Source of the DNA: the human T2T-CHM13v2.0 reference genome, Homo sapiens
NCBI RefSeq assembly: GCF_009914755.1
Contig: NC_060926.1
DNA length: 64,000 nt
Direction: 5' to 3' (one strand)
Of this stretch, positions 42,269 through 55,980 are shown in pieces. The notes beneath the pieces are model-generated. The model was given only the letters and a program-made list of their open reading frames with translations. It was not told the DNA's origin and searched no databases. Every line of letters starts with the position of its first letter. Within the stretch, counting starts at the first letter, position 1. The position numbers and the translations under genes were made by a program.

Positions 42269-43589
42269 TAGTGAAAACACCAAATGCTGGCAATGTTATG
42301 AAGGAACTAGATCAAGGTTATGAAGAAACCTTCAAGGTTATGAAGAAACCGGATCACTCATACATTGTTGGTGAGAATATAAAATGAGTACAAGCCACTC
42401 TGGAATACAGTTCCTCTAAAAACTAAACGTACAACTACCTTGTGACCCAGCAATTGCATTACCAGGCATTTATCCCAGAGAAATGAAGAGCTGTGTTCAC
42501 ACAAGAATCCATATATGACTGTTTATAGCAGCTTTATTTGTTATAACCCGGAACTGAAAACAACCTAGATGTCCTTCAATGAGTGAATAGCGAAACAACT
42601 TTCAAATATTCATACCATGGAATACTACTCAGCAATAATATTGATACATACAACAACTTCGATGAATTTCAAAAAAAAATGAACTGAGTAAAAAAAAAAA
42701 AGCCAATCTCAAAAGATTGCACATTAACCTTTTATAAAACATTCTTGAAAGGACAAAATTATAGTAATGGAGAACAGATCAATTGTTGCCACGTATTAAG
42801 GAGGGAGGAGAGAAGGGAAGTGGGTGTGGCTAAAAAAAGGCAGCAGGAAGGATCGTTGTAGTGATGGAAATGTACTGTATCTTGACTGTGTCAATGTCAG
42901 TATCTTGGTTGCGATATTATACTCTAGTTTTGCAAGATGTTACTATTGGAGGAAACTGAGTAAAAAGTGCATGGACCGCTCAGTATTATTTCATGTGAAT
43001 ATACAATTAACTGAAAATGAAAAGCTTAATTGTTTAAAGAAGTAGTACTATTTAGGGCAGGGGGAGTCATGTGGTGTGGAGATGGGAAAAATCTGTGAGA
43101 TTGTCAAGTGGATTGTGAGATGTCCAGAATTCCTGAATCTCCTTCTGCTCACCAAATGCCACCCTTTCCTCATTGTTACCACTACTAAAACTTGCCCTAC
43201 CCATCCCACATCACCCTTTATGGACAATACTCATACAACCCACACTGATAGCCACTGCACTGGAAGATAACAATAACTCTATAGAGCTGGTAGGAAGAGG
43301 CTACTTTATAAATGAAAACTGAGGAATCTGAGTGAGGTGAAGGCGCCCTCCCAAAATCACACAACAAGTAAATTTCATAGCCAGTTTTTCCACCATTTCA
43401 CACCACTTCACATAATCATTTCACTTCACTACATTTCTAATCATCTACCATTTTCAAAGCTCTTTTAAAAATATTATTTTAATTGGTCTTAAGCTGTCCC
43501 AGCTGAAAGGAAATGGCAGAGGGCTAGAATAGTGGGAGTGGTTGAAGTCTCTTAGCCAATGTGGGTTGCTGTGGCAAATTCCGACCTCC

Positions 43590-45165
43590 ACATCTGCAAG
43601 ATGCCTACATTTGTGCTCATATTTGCCCCCTTTGCACTCAACAAATTAAAGCTCCTCCTACTTAAGCCTAATTCCTCCCCTCAGTTTTCGGATCCCACTC
43701 CCCATCGCCTCATTTTATTGATTATGCCATCTGTTTCTTGCATCTTCAAACTTACTCACTCTACTGCCTCTTTCCCATCAGGAGATGGGAAAGTTTCCTT
43801 AGCCTCATGTCCTTTTCAGAACATAGCCCTTCTCCTTTTGAAGGAGACTGATTAAATGCTCTGCCTTCTTTTCCTCTTCTTTCCACTCCAGTGTAATTTG
43901 GTTTCTGGCCCACAACTGCTCTTAAACTTCTCTTACCATAGATTCCAAGGTCTACCTTGTACTAGCTCCAACAGACACTCTTCAGTCCTTATCTTACTTA
44001 GCCTGTGCTCAGCATTTGATACATTAACCTCTCCCTTTTTGAAACGGTCTCTTCCTTGGCCCAGGCTTCCCTGGTTTTCCTCCTCCTCTCTGGCCATAGG
44101 ACATTTCTCTTCTCCCTGTCACTCAAATGCTGATGTTTCAGTATTCTGTCCTAGTCTCCCTTCTCTTTTCCCTTTATACCTTCTCCCAGGTTTCATTTAC
44201 CATCTATATTACCAGCTCATACAAGTCTCTCAAGCTCCAGACCCATGTAACTCACATCCTGCTAAATTCAACAAGCCCAAAATGGACCAAAATTCAACGA
44301 GTCCAAAACTGAACATCATCCTCCCCATCTCAAATCTATTCCTGAATAGCTCAATCTGTGGCATTTTCATACACCAGCCACACTAGATTCTTCTTCTTCC
44401 TCATATCCACATTGAATTTTTCACCAAGCCTATTTACCTTCTCAATGCCCTCCTACCTATCTGCATTTCCAATGACACTGCCTTAGTCCAGACTCTCAAA
44501 ATCTGTCAACTGAAAATCTGCAATAGCTACCTAACTGGTCTCACTGCCCCTAATTGTGTCTCCTTCCAATCTCTTCTTTCAATCACAATGAGTTATTTTC
44601 CTAAAAACAACTAAAGTCCTAAAATATGACTCACCACATCATGTTCTATCTTTAAGCCTTTCAGTGGCTTCTCAGTGCCTTTTAGCTAAACTCTCACCTC
44701 ACCATGGCCTGTCTAGTGGAGCCCTACCTATCTTTCCAGCCTACTCTCCCGCTTGCTTCTCACACCCTGCAACTACCTCCTCTCCTCCCACAGTAAATTT
44801 CTTTCAATTCCCAATGCACTGCATTATCTTTTGCTCCTAGGACTTCACACAAGAAGAACTCCCATCTGGAACCTCATTCCTAAACTCCTCCCTCTACTGG
44901 CTTCCCCTACTCATCCTTCAGACCTCGGAAAAGGCCACTTTCCGACCTCCACTTGATGAGGCTGGGTCCCCCCTGCTGTGTTCTCCCAACACCCTAATCT
45001 TTCCCTGTTGTGAAACTTATCACACCCTTTCACAATTACTTATTTACCTATTTGTTTTCCCCATGAAGCTGTAAGTCACTTGAGAATACTAGTCTATCTT
45101 GCTTACCTTAATAGCTATAATGCTGGCACAGTGCTTTGAAGACTCAGTAGATATAGTTTTTAACA
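43590..45165 (+). mobile_element. L2 LINE fragment
   Basis: Pyrimidine-rich L2 ORF remnant (SVLILLSLCSAFDTL, an RT-like motif, in ORF 43856-44386) and an L2-type 3' end. Confidence 0.8.
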
Positions 45166-46484
45166 GACTATACAAGAATAGATAAAAAATTAAGAAATCC
45201 AAGCCTGTATGGCAGCTCTCCTGGGACTCAGCAGTCCCCTCTGGCTCATTTTCTGGCTTATGCAACCTTACGGTGACCCCTGTGTGGCACCCTCCCTTAT
45301 ATGAACCAGCGTTCTTTGTTCACATATAGGAGAGTGCTCTGTTTGCTGTAACCTCAGCTTCGAGAAAACAATGCCCATATTGCATTAACCTGCTAGGCCA
45401 GCTTCAGAAAGGATCTCTGAATGTCATGATTTCAGAAACCGTAAAGTTACTCCTTGTTCCACTGCAGAAAAAAATACTTTTCCTTGAGCAATTCTTAAAA
45501 TTCCTTTATCTGTGGGTCAAAGATATTATTTGTCAACTAGAGGCAAGTCAAATGCAAATGGCTTTTAAATTTATACTATGGAAATTAAAATTACAAACCC
45601 TAAATTTTTAAATTAACTTTTAATTAAAATTACAGTTAAAAACCAGAAGTCACAAGTTTCTCATAGAGCAGTCTTGAGAGATTAAGAAACTGACCTATTG
45701 ACATGAGGCTTTGAGAATACTCTGCACTAAGCTAATAATTACACCTTGTTATACAGATAAGAACTGGAAAATATTTACCAGTCAGTTAACTTAAACCCAC
45801 TAAGAATACAAACATTAGATAGCTTGGAGGGGTAGAATGCTTTTTTGTCAGATTTACATTTTTTCTGTATCTTGTCATCATAAAATTCAGTAGTTTGTAC
45901 AGAGGTCCCTTGTAGGATTTTTCTCTAACTATAATGGTTAAATATTATACAATCTTTAACCTTGAGACTATAAAACTCACCTACTTATCCGTTGTAGGAA
46001 ATTGCATTCCCCAATCATTGTTTATTTGTTATAGGAAATTGGATTTTGTAATGTTTAACCCACTGTTAACTGTTTTACTGTTTAACAGAGTGACTTCACT
46101 GAGTTTGTTATAATTAAATTAACCAGTATAAAAACAATTCAGATCCTCTTGGGGTTAATGAAAAATCACCCATCTTTTTCCTGGTACTGATTTTGACACA
46201 AGTAAATATAAAGAGTGATTACAGCAGAAACATTTTTAAACAATATGAAAAATAACTCAACTTTTTCCTCTACAGCCTTAAAGCATACATGATTGAAGTA
46301 GGGCCATTCCTTGGGTAATAACTGGGGAGAAGAGCTGGGGGGAGCACTGGACCCCAGTGACTTTGGGAGGGAGAAATAAAGGGACCCCATGCAGAGGAAG
46401 AGGGGAGATGGAGGTAGATTCAAAATGGGGAGGAGAGGGCACGAAACAGAGTGTCAATCTAGAGAGGTAACGTGGGCTAGTCGT

Positions 46485-46740
46485 TCTCCATGCACTAGTT
46501 TGAGTCCCATTTGACCCGGGCTCAAATTCTGGCTCTGCCTGCCACTCATGCACTTTATCATCAAACAACTTGCATAGTCTCCCTGAGCCTTAGTTGTAAC
46601 ATAAGGATCCTAACAGTGAACTCATGGAGGTGAGAGGATTAAAAGAGATGTTTATAAAGCCTTCAGCTCAGTCCTGAGCATGAAAATATCCAGTAACAAT
46701 GCTGCATAAATAGCCTATTTTGTGGTTGTGGTTGTTGTTA
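46485..46740. mobile_element. MIR SINE
   Basis: GGCTCAAATTCTGGCTCTGCC...CCCTGAGCCTTAGTT...GTGAGAGGATTAAAAGAGAT MIR core. Confidence 0.7.
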
Positions 46741-48526
46741 ATATCTTCCATCTCACTATTTCACTTAGGCTCAGTCTTGATGACTCAGCTGAGGCACTTT
46801 CTGCATGTCCCAGCCATGGGGCAGCCAGCCACAGAGCCTCCACGCATGTAAAGGTGCTGCAGTCTCTTGTCCTGGTCCTCATTCTCACTGCAGTTCTAAC
46901 CTCAGGGCCCTGACATGGCAGCTCTCTGAGGACAGCTGCATCTTCTCTGGGCATCCTATCAGAAATGGCCAAAAAGCCATTCTAAAATGTCTCCTGCCAT
47001 TATGTTGAGGTATAATGGAATGAGTATAAACTCTAGAATCAGATGTATTTGCAGACAACTTGCTCACCATGTAATCTTGACAAATTTGCTTCTTTCCAGA
47101 TTCTTTACCTTAATTTGGGTTTACTGCCACCAATCTTGAAGATTCATGGTAACAAACTCAACAAACTATATATATCACTATTACATTTGTGAATGTTTTG
47201 TTGAATCCTTTCTCGGGTTGAAAAATATTGGAGATTAGAGCTAGAATTGAGTTCGAAGATCATGCCCCAGCCATATCCTCCCACATGGAAGCTGAATGTC
47301 TCAATCTACATAATCTCAAGGCTTTCTGTTTTCTGCTGACAAGAAAGAAGTCTTGTCTTTTACACATTACCCTTCTTCTCCATGTCCTTTCTTTGTAATC
47401 CCCAGGATGCATACATGTACTCATGGCTTAAATCTGTAATCATAGCCAATGCCATGGTCCCCATCCCATGGTGGTGCCATGGAGTTGTGAGTTGGCCCTG
47501 CACGATAAGATCAAACCCTCCTTTCAGAATGAGAAGGATAATGTTATTTCTGTCTCATTTCCAGCCATGGGAGGAAGGGTCCTCAGCAGGTGTTTATTGG
47601 TATGGCAGTTTAGATTCACAAACAAAACTCTTTTCTCCTAGGATGGCTGGATCTAGATGAGTTCAAGATTCTGCTGCCACATTGTACCCCAACATTTGTC
47701 TCATTCTAAAATCAAGTTCCCCTTGCCCAAGACCTTTTTCTCTTCTTTGAAGTTCTCTCTCAGTGGCCTCCATCACCCTCCCTCAAATAGGACTTCAGAC
47801 ACACATACACACACATGCATCAGTTCATCAGACATGGCTATAGCTATTTTATTCTCTGGCACCACTGTGGACAGCGAAGAAGTCTTTTTCCCCTATGCCC
47901 TTTGTAAATTAATGGTTACAAATAGGTACACAGAGATAGCAATGTCTCCTCATTCTATTCACCAAGAGTCCCAGTCAGCCCAGCCAAGACACACTCATAA
48001 CAGGTGAGGAAAATGTAAGGTTCAGGGACTGAGCCAGGACCCACAGGCATCTGGTAGCCGAGTCCTGGTTCAGGACTCATTCTCCTGTACCACACTGCCC
48101 CCTCTCACTGTGCAGGCTCCTTTCTCAATGTTGATGCCTTTGAGTTAGCCAGGTGGTGTTAACAATTTTTTTTTTTTTTTTGGCCAAAAAGATAATTTGC
48201 TTTCCAAAAATTTCAAACTAAGCAGCTCATGACTGCTTCTTAAGATAAACAGAAAGGAATTCTAACACAACATGGTAGAAACAACTTGACAGGACCCTGT
48301 TGCTTCTGTTTCTTATCTCTGGATGCCAGAAGCCTGCTGCTTTCCCTGTCCACCCACAAGGGATTTGTGATTGGGTTTGCATTCTCCAACTCTTTCCTGG
48401 AAAAGGCCCCAGAGCCACTGATGTGTCTGCAAGAAAGGAAAAACATTTTGCCCACCGGGTATTGATGGGTCCTAAGGCACTGTGGAGTCCTGAACTTAGC
48501 TTTGGGCAGTAAAAAAGCATATTGGC

Positions 48527-48740
48527 AATTACTGAGTTTCAGAAGCAATTTTTTGGGGAAAAAAAAAAAAAGATAGGTAGTCCAAGACTCCACATTGGCT
48601 GTGCCGACCACAATGCCACCAAATTGCTGACTTTCAGAAGCAATTTTTTGCAAAAAAAAAATAAATAAAATAAAATAAAAATTAAAATATAGGTAGTCCA
48701 ATGCTCCAGACTGACTGTGCTGACCACAATGCCACCAAAT
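48527..48740. repeat. Two-copy tandem duplication (about 95 and 119 bp units)
   Basis: TTTCAGAAGCAATTTTTTG-[A tract]-ATAGGTAGTCCAA...GACCACAATGCCACCAAAT occurs twice head to tail. Confidence 0.92.
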
Positions 48741-49182
48741 GAAAACTTAAAACTTAATCATCCAGTTATGTATCGATAGCTAAGTGTTGGATATCATTTA
48801 GGGCAAGAATATTTTAACTAATGTTTAACCAGAATGTTTATTTTCCATTGTTAAAGCATTTTACAGAAATCTTCCACTTCTTAAATGTAAATTAAGAAAA
48901 ATCAGTCCACAAAACACAAATGGAAACAAGCACAAATTTATTTCACCACCTTTTGGAGAGGCCGACTCAAAGCTGACAATGCATATTCACCATTTGAGGA
49001 AACATTTAGCAGATTACATCCTTGGCTTCTCAAAGAGATGTTAGTGCCCACTTACTCGATATTGGTAAGCTCCTTCACTAATCTCTGATTATTTTACAGT
49101 CAAGGCTCCATTCTCCCATCCCTTCTCATAGCCCCCTTTCATACTTTAAAGCATTGATCTAAATACAAAATGGGAGAACCTG

Positions 49183-49582
49183 TGTATTAGTTTACTAGGG
49201 CTGCCACAACAGAACACCACAGATTGGATGGCTTACACAAGAAAAATTTATTTTCTCACAGTTCTGGAAGCTGGAAGTCCAAGGTCAAGGTATCAGCAGG
49301 CTTGGTTTCCTCTGAGGCCTCTCTCCTTGGCTTGCAGTTGGTCACCTTCTTGCTGCCTCTTCACATGGTCTCTGTGCACAAGTGCCACTGATATTCCCCT
49401 GTACATCCAGATTTCCTCTTTTTAGAAAGACACCAGTCATATTTGATTGGAGCCACTCTATGGGTCTCATTTTAACTTACTCACCCATTTAGAGGCTCTA
49501 TTTCCAAATACACTCGTGTGCTGAGGTACTGAGAGTTCAGGCTCCAACATAACAGCCGGGGAGCACAATTTAGCCCATAACA
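49183..49582 (-). mobile_element. MLT1A-like MaLR solo LTR
   Basis: TGTATTAGTTT..AGGGCTGCC...CTCACAGTTCTGGAAGCTGGAAGTCC...AGCCCATAACA; TSD-like ACCTG/ACCTC. Confidence 0.85.
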
Positions 49583-50561
49583 ACCTCTCTTTAAGGAAAG
49601 TTTCCAAATTGTATCAGACAGTGAAGAAATCTGCTCCTAACTTAAGAGTCCTGTTGTTTTGGGCTGTGTAGAAAGATACAGCTAGACCCAACATGTGGTT
49701 TAATTTTAGGGACTGCATGCTTCCTGTTCCCCAAAAATACTTCATATGCCTTCAAATTCTCTCATCAGAAATTCGTATCTTCTCAGAGGCTTTCTTCTGT
49801 TAAAATGAACAGAGCCTTAGGTTGAGCCTCATCTGTCACTAGACTTCGGTGCAACCATTGCTTCCTTTCTGAGGGCAGTTTTTGATGAAGAGCAGAGGAC
49901 TGGGTGCCAATAGGGCCATGGAGGAAGTAAGGGGAGGATCATAAATAGAGACAAAGGGAAGAGAAACAAGAAGCTGGAGGCGTGAGAAGACAGACCTTAC
50001 TGGCTTTACCATTTCACCCAAATAGTGGCAGAGGATGAGTATTCATGCTCCAGTCCATAATTGTTGCTAGAGAGCGACTGCTTCACCCAGACGCCATATT
50101 CCCTGCCTGGCTCCTCTTGCCTCTAGGTAGGGCCATGGGACAGACTTCTGGACAATGGATTGTGAACCAGGAAGAACTCCATTGCCAGACCTGATCTATA
50201 GGAATTTCCCACACATTTTCTACCTTCTCTGTTTTCCATCTACCAGGGGAAGCAAAAGATTCTGAAGCCCTAAAAAATGGCAGAACCACAAAACGGAATA
50301 GAGGCTGGATCCGTGAATCACCACATGGAAGGCCTCTCACTGAACACTTGCACTAAACTGTCACTGTGTGAGCAATAACTCCTGTCAATTAAACCACTGA
50401 GATTTTCAGGGTTTGTCCTTTTTAGCAACTATTAATGTTATAATAATAAGTTAATACAGTCAATATAGGCTGAGTTTGGCAGAAAACTAATAATCACTTC
50501 AATGCTGATGGTTTTGTGCTGGTTTATTTCAAGAGTGAATGCTGATAGTAAGAAGAGTATA

Positions 50562-50720
50562 GGCTGGGCACAGTGGCTCATGCCAGTAATTCCAGCACTT
50601 CAGGAGGCCAAGGCAGGAGTTGAGCTCAGGAGTTTGAGGCTACAGTGAGCTATGATCAGGCCACTTCACTCCAGCCTGGGTGACAGAGTAAAATCCAATC
50701 TCAAAAAAAGAAGAAAAAGG
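50562..50720 (+). mobile_element. Alu monomer (FRAM-like or internally deleted AluJ)
   Basis: About 140 bp in which the Alu 5' start runs directly into a right-arm 3' end, followed by an A-rich tail. Confidence 0.85.
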
Positions 50721-52439
50721 AGACAACGAAGAAGAGGATTACTTGATTTGTAACGTAAAATGACATTTAGATATTAGTATTCAATTGGGTTGACCTGTAA
50801 TAGTAGTGATAATAATCACACACAGTTACAGTTTGCAACTATCATTGCATTTCAAAATACCAGCCATAATGAGAAGTACGCAATAAAATAAGAAAACTCT
50901 GATAAGGTAAAAAGAGTGCTGGACTGAAAGCCAAGCATCTTGAATTCTAGTTTCACCGCAACACAAACCATTTCTGACCAGGAGTCTCACCTCTCCAGTC
51001 ACTACCAGCTCTAAAAGCCAGACTGGAAGTGTCTGTTTAGAGGAAATAGTGCCTCCTATGAGTGAAAAACAAACTACAGGAGAACTGGTCACAGTGCTTT
51101 GTGCAGAGAAGATGCTCAATACAGATTTACTCAATTAATAAAAGTTTTAAAAGGGACTCTGATAAAGTAATTCAACTAAAATGACAGAGGGTGAATACAG
51201 ATTTAGACACCCACCCCTGTCCCCTCCCACTAAGCTAGAAGAAGTGTCTCTATGTATTCATGTGTATAGAGAAATTGGCTCCATTTCTGAACAGTGAGAG
51301 CAGGGCAGAAAAATGAATAAATCTGGGGATGACATAAAATCAAAAATATAGCCATCTGTTTAAGTCCTGCATCTAAAATTTAAAAAACAGAAGAGAAGCC
51401 ACCTGCCTTGCAATATTGAAGTAAAATGCAAATCTATTTAATTGAAAACAATAATGTAATGTAAACTTTAGTCACAAGCAGAGAGCTTTCTCTATATAGT
51501 TATATTAAAGGGCTTAGACCAGTGCCTGGAGCATGATAGACACATAATTGTTTGTTGAACGAAAACATTCTGGGTGCAAAGCATAGGGCAGGCAGAGTGA
51601 GAGATGCTGAGATGGACAGAAAGTTATCCCTGCTCTCCAGAGACTTGCAGGCTGGGAAGAGAGAACCATGTCATCAACCCACTTGAACACAAGACAGAAT
51701 GAAATACATGCTAAGCAGAGGTAAAAGAAACATGCTAGGAGACGAAGAAACATTTCATTCTGATTGGAAGGAATCAAAAATGAGGTAGAATTTAGGCTGA
51801 GCCTTAAAATGAACAATCTCCAGGCTGAGAGGATGGCATGACTCAGGTAATAAAAAGATTGGAAGTGGTAGGCTGGCCGGGTCCATGCAGAGAACTTTGG
51901 GAGACAGCCTTGGAAAAGAGCGTTGGAGCCACATATAAGAGTCCGGTTGTGACTTGGGAACAAAACTCTAACAGCCACAAAATTGGGCGCCTAGGAAAAG
52001 AAGTAGATCCCCTTTCTTTTCTTTCTCTCTCCAAGTTTATAAAGCATTTACCTCTCTTAAACCATATAACATGTCATTTAATTAAGTCATTTAAATATGT
52101 GTAAGATGACTGTCAGGCCCAAACTATTTTAATGCTACAGAAGTTAAAATAAGGTGAAAAAAAAATGTGTTATAGAATAAAGCATGTGTATATTTGAGTT
52201 CTGTCTTAAGTTATTTTAATTTCTGGATAACAGAGACTCCCTTAAGGGGAGTCTGCATTAGCAATCCATGTGTATCCTCTGGTATACCATTTTGCTTCAG
52301 AAAAGGAATTGAGCTCAGTATAGAAAGTATTTATATGATGGTGTCTAAAGAGAGGATCTGCTAAGAGTTCCCCAAATGTCAGCACTGTCCTGTTGGTAAT
52401 CCATGGTCATTCAAAGAATTTTAAGAGGAACAGAAGAAA

Positions 52440-53320
52440 AGGCCTTGTTTCAGTAATTGAAAGAAGGCCAATGTGGCTGGTGCAGAGCAGCAAGATAGAG
52501 TGTGAGATGAGTCAGGGTTATGGACCCAACCATATCATGTAGGGTTCTAAAGGCCACAGAGAGAACAAAGAATAAAGAAGTTTGAATCTTGTACAAAATA
52601 CAATAAGAAGCCATTGGTGAGTGTTAAGAAGGGTGATATGATGTCATTTATCCTTTATTTTGGCTGCTGTTTGGAGAAAGAATTGGAGTGGGACAGAAAC
52701 GGAAGCTGAGAAAATAGTTAAAAGACCATTAAAATAGTCCACAGGAGAAAAGTTGATTTTTCAAACTGAAGGTGATAGTTGTAGAAATGGAAATAAGCTA
52801 ACATACTGGGGATGTATGTTAAAGACAAAACAGATTAACTGGATGTTAAATGCAAGGAAAAGAACAGTGACTCCCAGGTTTTTATCTTAAGAAACTCGGA
52901 AGAAATGGTGCTATTTTCCAAGTAAGAGGCCAGAGACCAGGAGAGCAGTTTAGGGAGAGGGAAAAGCAGAGGATAAAGAGTTCTGTGTAGGGCCCTTTAC
53001 ATTTAAGATGCCTGTTTGACATCCAAGTCAGGTAGGCAGTCTGACATCAAGTAGACAGTTTGATTTATGAGCCTGCAGGCTCAAGGGAAGGTCAATGGAG
53101 ATTTACACTTGTGAGTCATCTGCATATAGATGGTATTGAAATTATGGGACTAAATGAAATCTACCAGGGAGATGGCATACATAAGAGCCAGGAAGGTGCC
53201 TAGGAGATCAAGCAAGGAAGATAGACCCAGTAAAGAGACTGAAAGGGAGCATCAAGGAGATTGGAAGTGGGGAATGAAGCATGACAAGCTGGTGTCGTAG
53301 AAGCCAAGAAAATAAAGTAT
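52440..53320 (-). mobile_element. L2 LINE fragment
   Basis: GAAGGCCAATGTGGCTGG, TTTGGCTGCTGTTTGGAGA and GAGTCATCTGCATATAGATGGT L2 motifs. Confidence 0.75.
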
Positions 53321-54703
53321 CTGCTTTGAAATTAGCATAGATAATTTACAAGGTTTTCTGAGTTGCTTAGAGCCTTGAGCCAATAATTTCTACCTCACTA
53401 TTCCTCATAGAAAGAAAAATATCAGGGTTGTTGAGACAATCTGCCTCCCAAATGCATAGCTGTAGTCTCTTGTGGAGTTAATGAGCATGTTAATAGCCCT
53501 GCTTCCTCCTATCACTGGAATAGTTCATGTCTTTGGGGCACTGACTAGAGAATTTTCTTCATAGTCAAAGAACAACACGTTCAAGACAGAAGTTCAAATC
53601 AGCTATGCCTTTAAGAGAATAAATTTATCTTTACAGATATATTACACATATTAGAATATTAAGCTATGGCTTACCACCAGACAGGTCACAGATGATGAAT
53701 GTGAGATGGTTTGCTTGCTATTAAATGGGTTGCCTTTGAGAATGTATTCTAAGTGAAATATTGTTAATGGCTATCACCTTGTCTATGGAAATAGTTTGAC
53801 CTGCTGCAGATGTTACCTAATTCAATACCCCATGATCACTGACTTGTCTTTTGGTAAGGCTGTCAAAAATAAGAACATTTAACAATCAAATAATATGTGA
53901 AGAAAATTCCTTAGTCATCCGAATAACCTCATTTCTTACATTAACTGTGGCTTATAATAAGACAGTTATTTTAGTAATATAAAGATTCTAGATTAGCCAC
54001 GGTGAGATATATCCAATTCTGTACCAACTTTAACAGACCCCAATCACAATACTTGAGAGTTTTTCAAATTATAGCTTGAAATGTCAGAGTTGGACACCTT
54101 CAGAGATCGTTTGCTTGTTTTCATTGATATGGTTATATTTGAAAGGATACATATACTTTTTAGTTGCTTGAGTAACATGGAAGAAATAAAATTTTCTCAT
54201 CACACACACAAATCTTAAGAGGTCCATCAAAGTACATAAGTTGTACCTAAAAGCATGTACATTGGTGTATCCAGAATATTTCCACCCTCAAGTGGAGAAA
54301 AATTTCCCCATCCACGAAAATATATGTGAATAAGCTTCCTCACAAATTTACATACAATTTCAGGAGGGTCTCAGATCCTTTGAAAACTACGTGCACCCTC
54401 ACAGCATCAGTTTCCAAGCTAAGCACTCTAGGTTTAGACTATTTTCTCCTATGATAAAATATGATGCACCATGTGTGCCTTCTCCTTATTGGCCATCAGA
54501 AATCAGAAATTTCAGTTTCCAAAAGTATGGATTTAAGGAATGCTGGTGGTGGTGGTGGTGTTTCTAGGAAAATGAGCATGCTTCCTTGAGAATTAAAGTA
54601 AATTTCCCGCAAGGTATGGAGTTGGAAATTCTGGGCTCTGTCTCGGGTCCTGAAACCTTGGTCCAAGGTCACGAGGAGCTGTCCAAGGTCCCAATGTCTT
54701 AGA

Positions 54704-54882
54704 CCAGTGCTTCTCCAAGTGTGGTTTGCAGATAACCTGCATTAAAATCAACTGAGGGCGTCCATTACACTGCAGATTCCTGAGCCATCCAAGAGCCATT
54801 GAATCAGAGACTTTGAAGGTAGGTCCCACAAATCTGCATTTTAAGGAGTGCCTCATGAGATTCTTCTGTCTGACACTAAGAT
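54704..54882. mobile_element. MER5A-like hAT MITE
   Basis: CAGTGCTTCTCCAAGTGTGGT...GAATCAGAGACTTTG...AATCTGCATTTTAA. Confidence 0.75.
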
Positions 54883-55611
54883 AATGTCTACCAAATGTTG
54901 GTACCACTTTGTTAATGGCTGGAAGCCATTTAATCCCATTTAAATTCACTGATCATTATAAATGCACCTGCTACCTTTAATATCATCTATATTAACAATC
55001 ATAATGAGTTGCTATGTTGCTGTAGAAGACACTCACCAACTGTCTTCCAGATGGTTTCTGTCACAATTTAGCATTAAACAAACACATAAATCCAAGCCCC
55101 ATCAAATCTCAAGAAAAGCAAACTCTTTTGGAAATCAGCTTCCTTGATCTTTTAGCAAATCTTTCCTCCTCATCCACTTTAATAATGAAAATAATTACAA
55201 TTACATGTAACCAATATTTACTGATTATTCACTCCATGCCTTCCATCAAACCCATCATAACAATAGTAGTAAATGCAATAAAAAACAATTAACAAGTACT
55301 TACTATATGCCCAGAAATGTTCAAAGTTCTTTATGTGATTGCATCATTTAATCTTTATAATACTGTACCTATGATACCAAGAAAGACAGGAAAATGTGTA
55401 TTCTATATTACTTAAGCTATTGGTGCCACTTATAGGCTTTGTCATATAAATATTATGCTAAAGTTAATTCCCTAGTGTTCTTTTTTAAAGTATGAAAATG
55501 GGAAAGAAGTGAGTGCCCATTATTGATCGCCTGCTGTATTTCTGGCACTTTAACATGTTTTCTTCATTAAAACATCACCAACTATTTATGAATACATTTT
55601 ATTATCCCCAT

Positions 55612-55980
55612 TTTAACAGTTTATTGAAAGACTGATGTCATAAACTGCACATATTTAAAATGTGCAATTTAATAAGTTTAGATATATGTATATACCTGGG
55701 AAGCCATATTGCAATCAAGGTAATGAACATATCTATCAGCTCCCAAAGTTTTCCTCTCTCTCTTTGTAATCCTTCCTCCTGCCCCTCCACTTGCTCGTCC
55801 CCAGGCAACCACTGACCTGCTTTCTGACACTACAGATAAGTTTGCATTTTCTAGAACTTTATATAAACATAATCTCGGTATGTAATCTTTTTGTCTTGCA
55901 TCTTATATCCAACATGATTATTTTAAGATTCATCTACGTTATTCTATTTATCAAAAGTTCACTCCTTTTTACTACTGTTA
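55612..55980 (-). mobile_element. L1M(B/E)-like 3'UTR fragment
   Basis: AACTGCACATATTTAAAATGTGCAATTT...CCAGGCAACCACTGACCTGCTTTCTG. Confidence 0.75.

Noticed and set aside
43856-44386. 176-aa ORF
   Set aside because: It lies in a pyrimidine-rich L2 relic; the open frame is explained by composition and ancestral RT coding.
52234-52254. AGACTCCC-TTAAG-GGGAGTCT inverted repeat
   Set aside because: 8-bp arms are expected by chance in 64 kb, and there is no supporting context.
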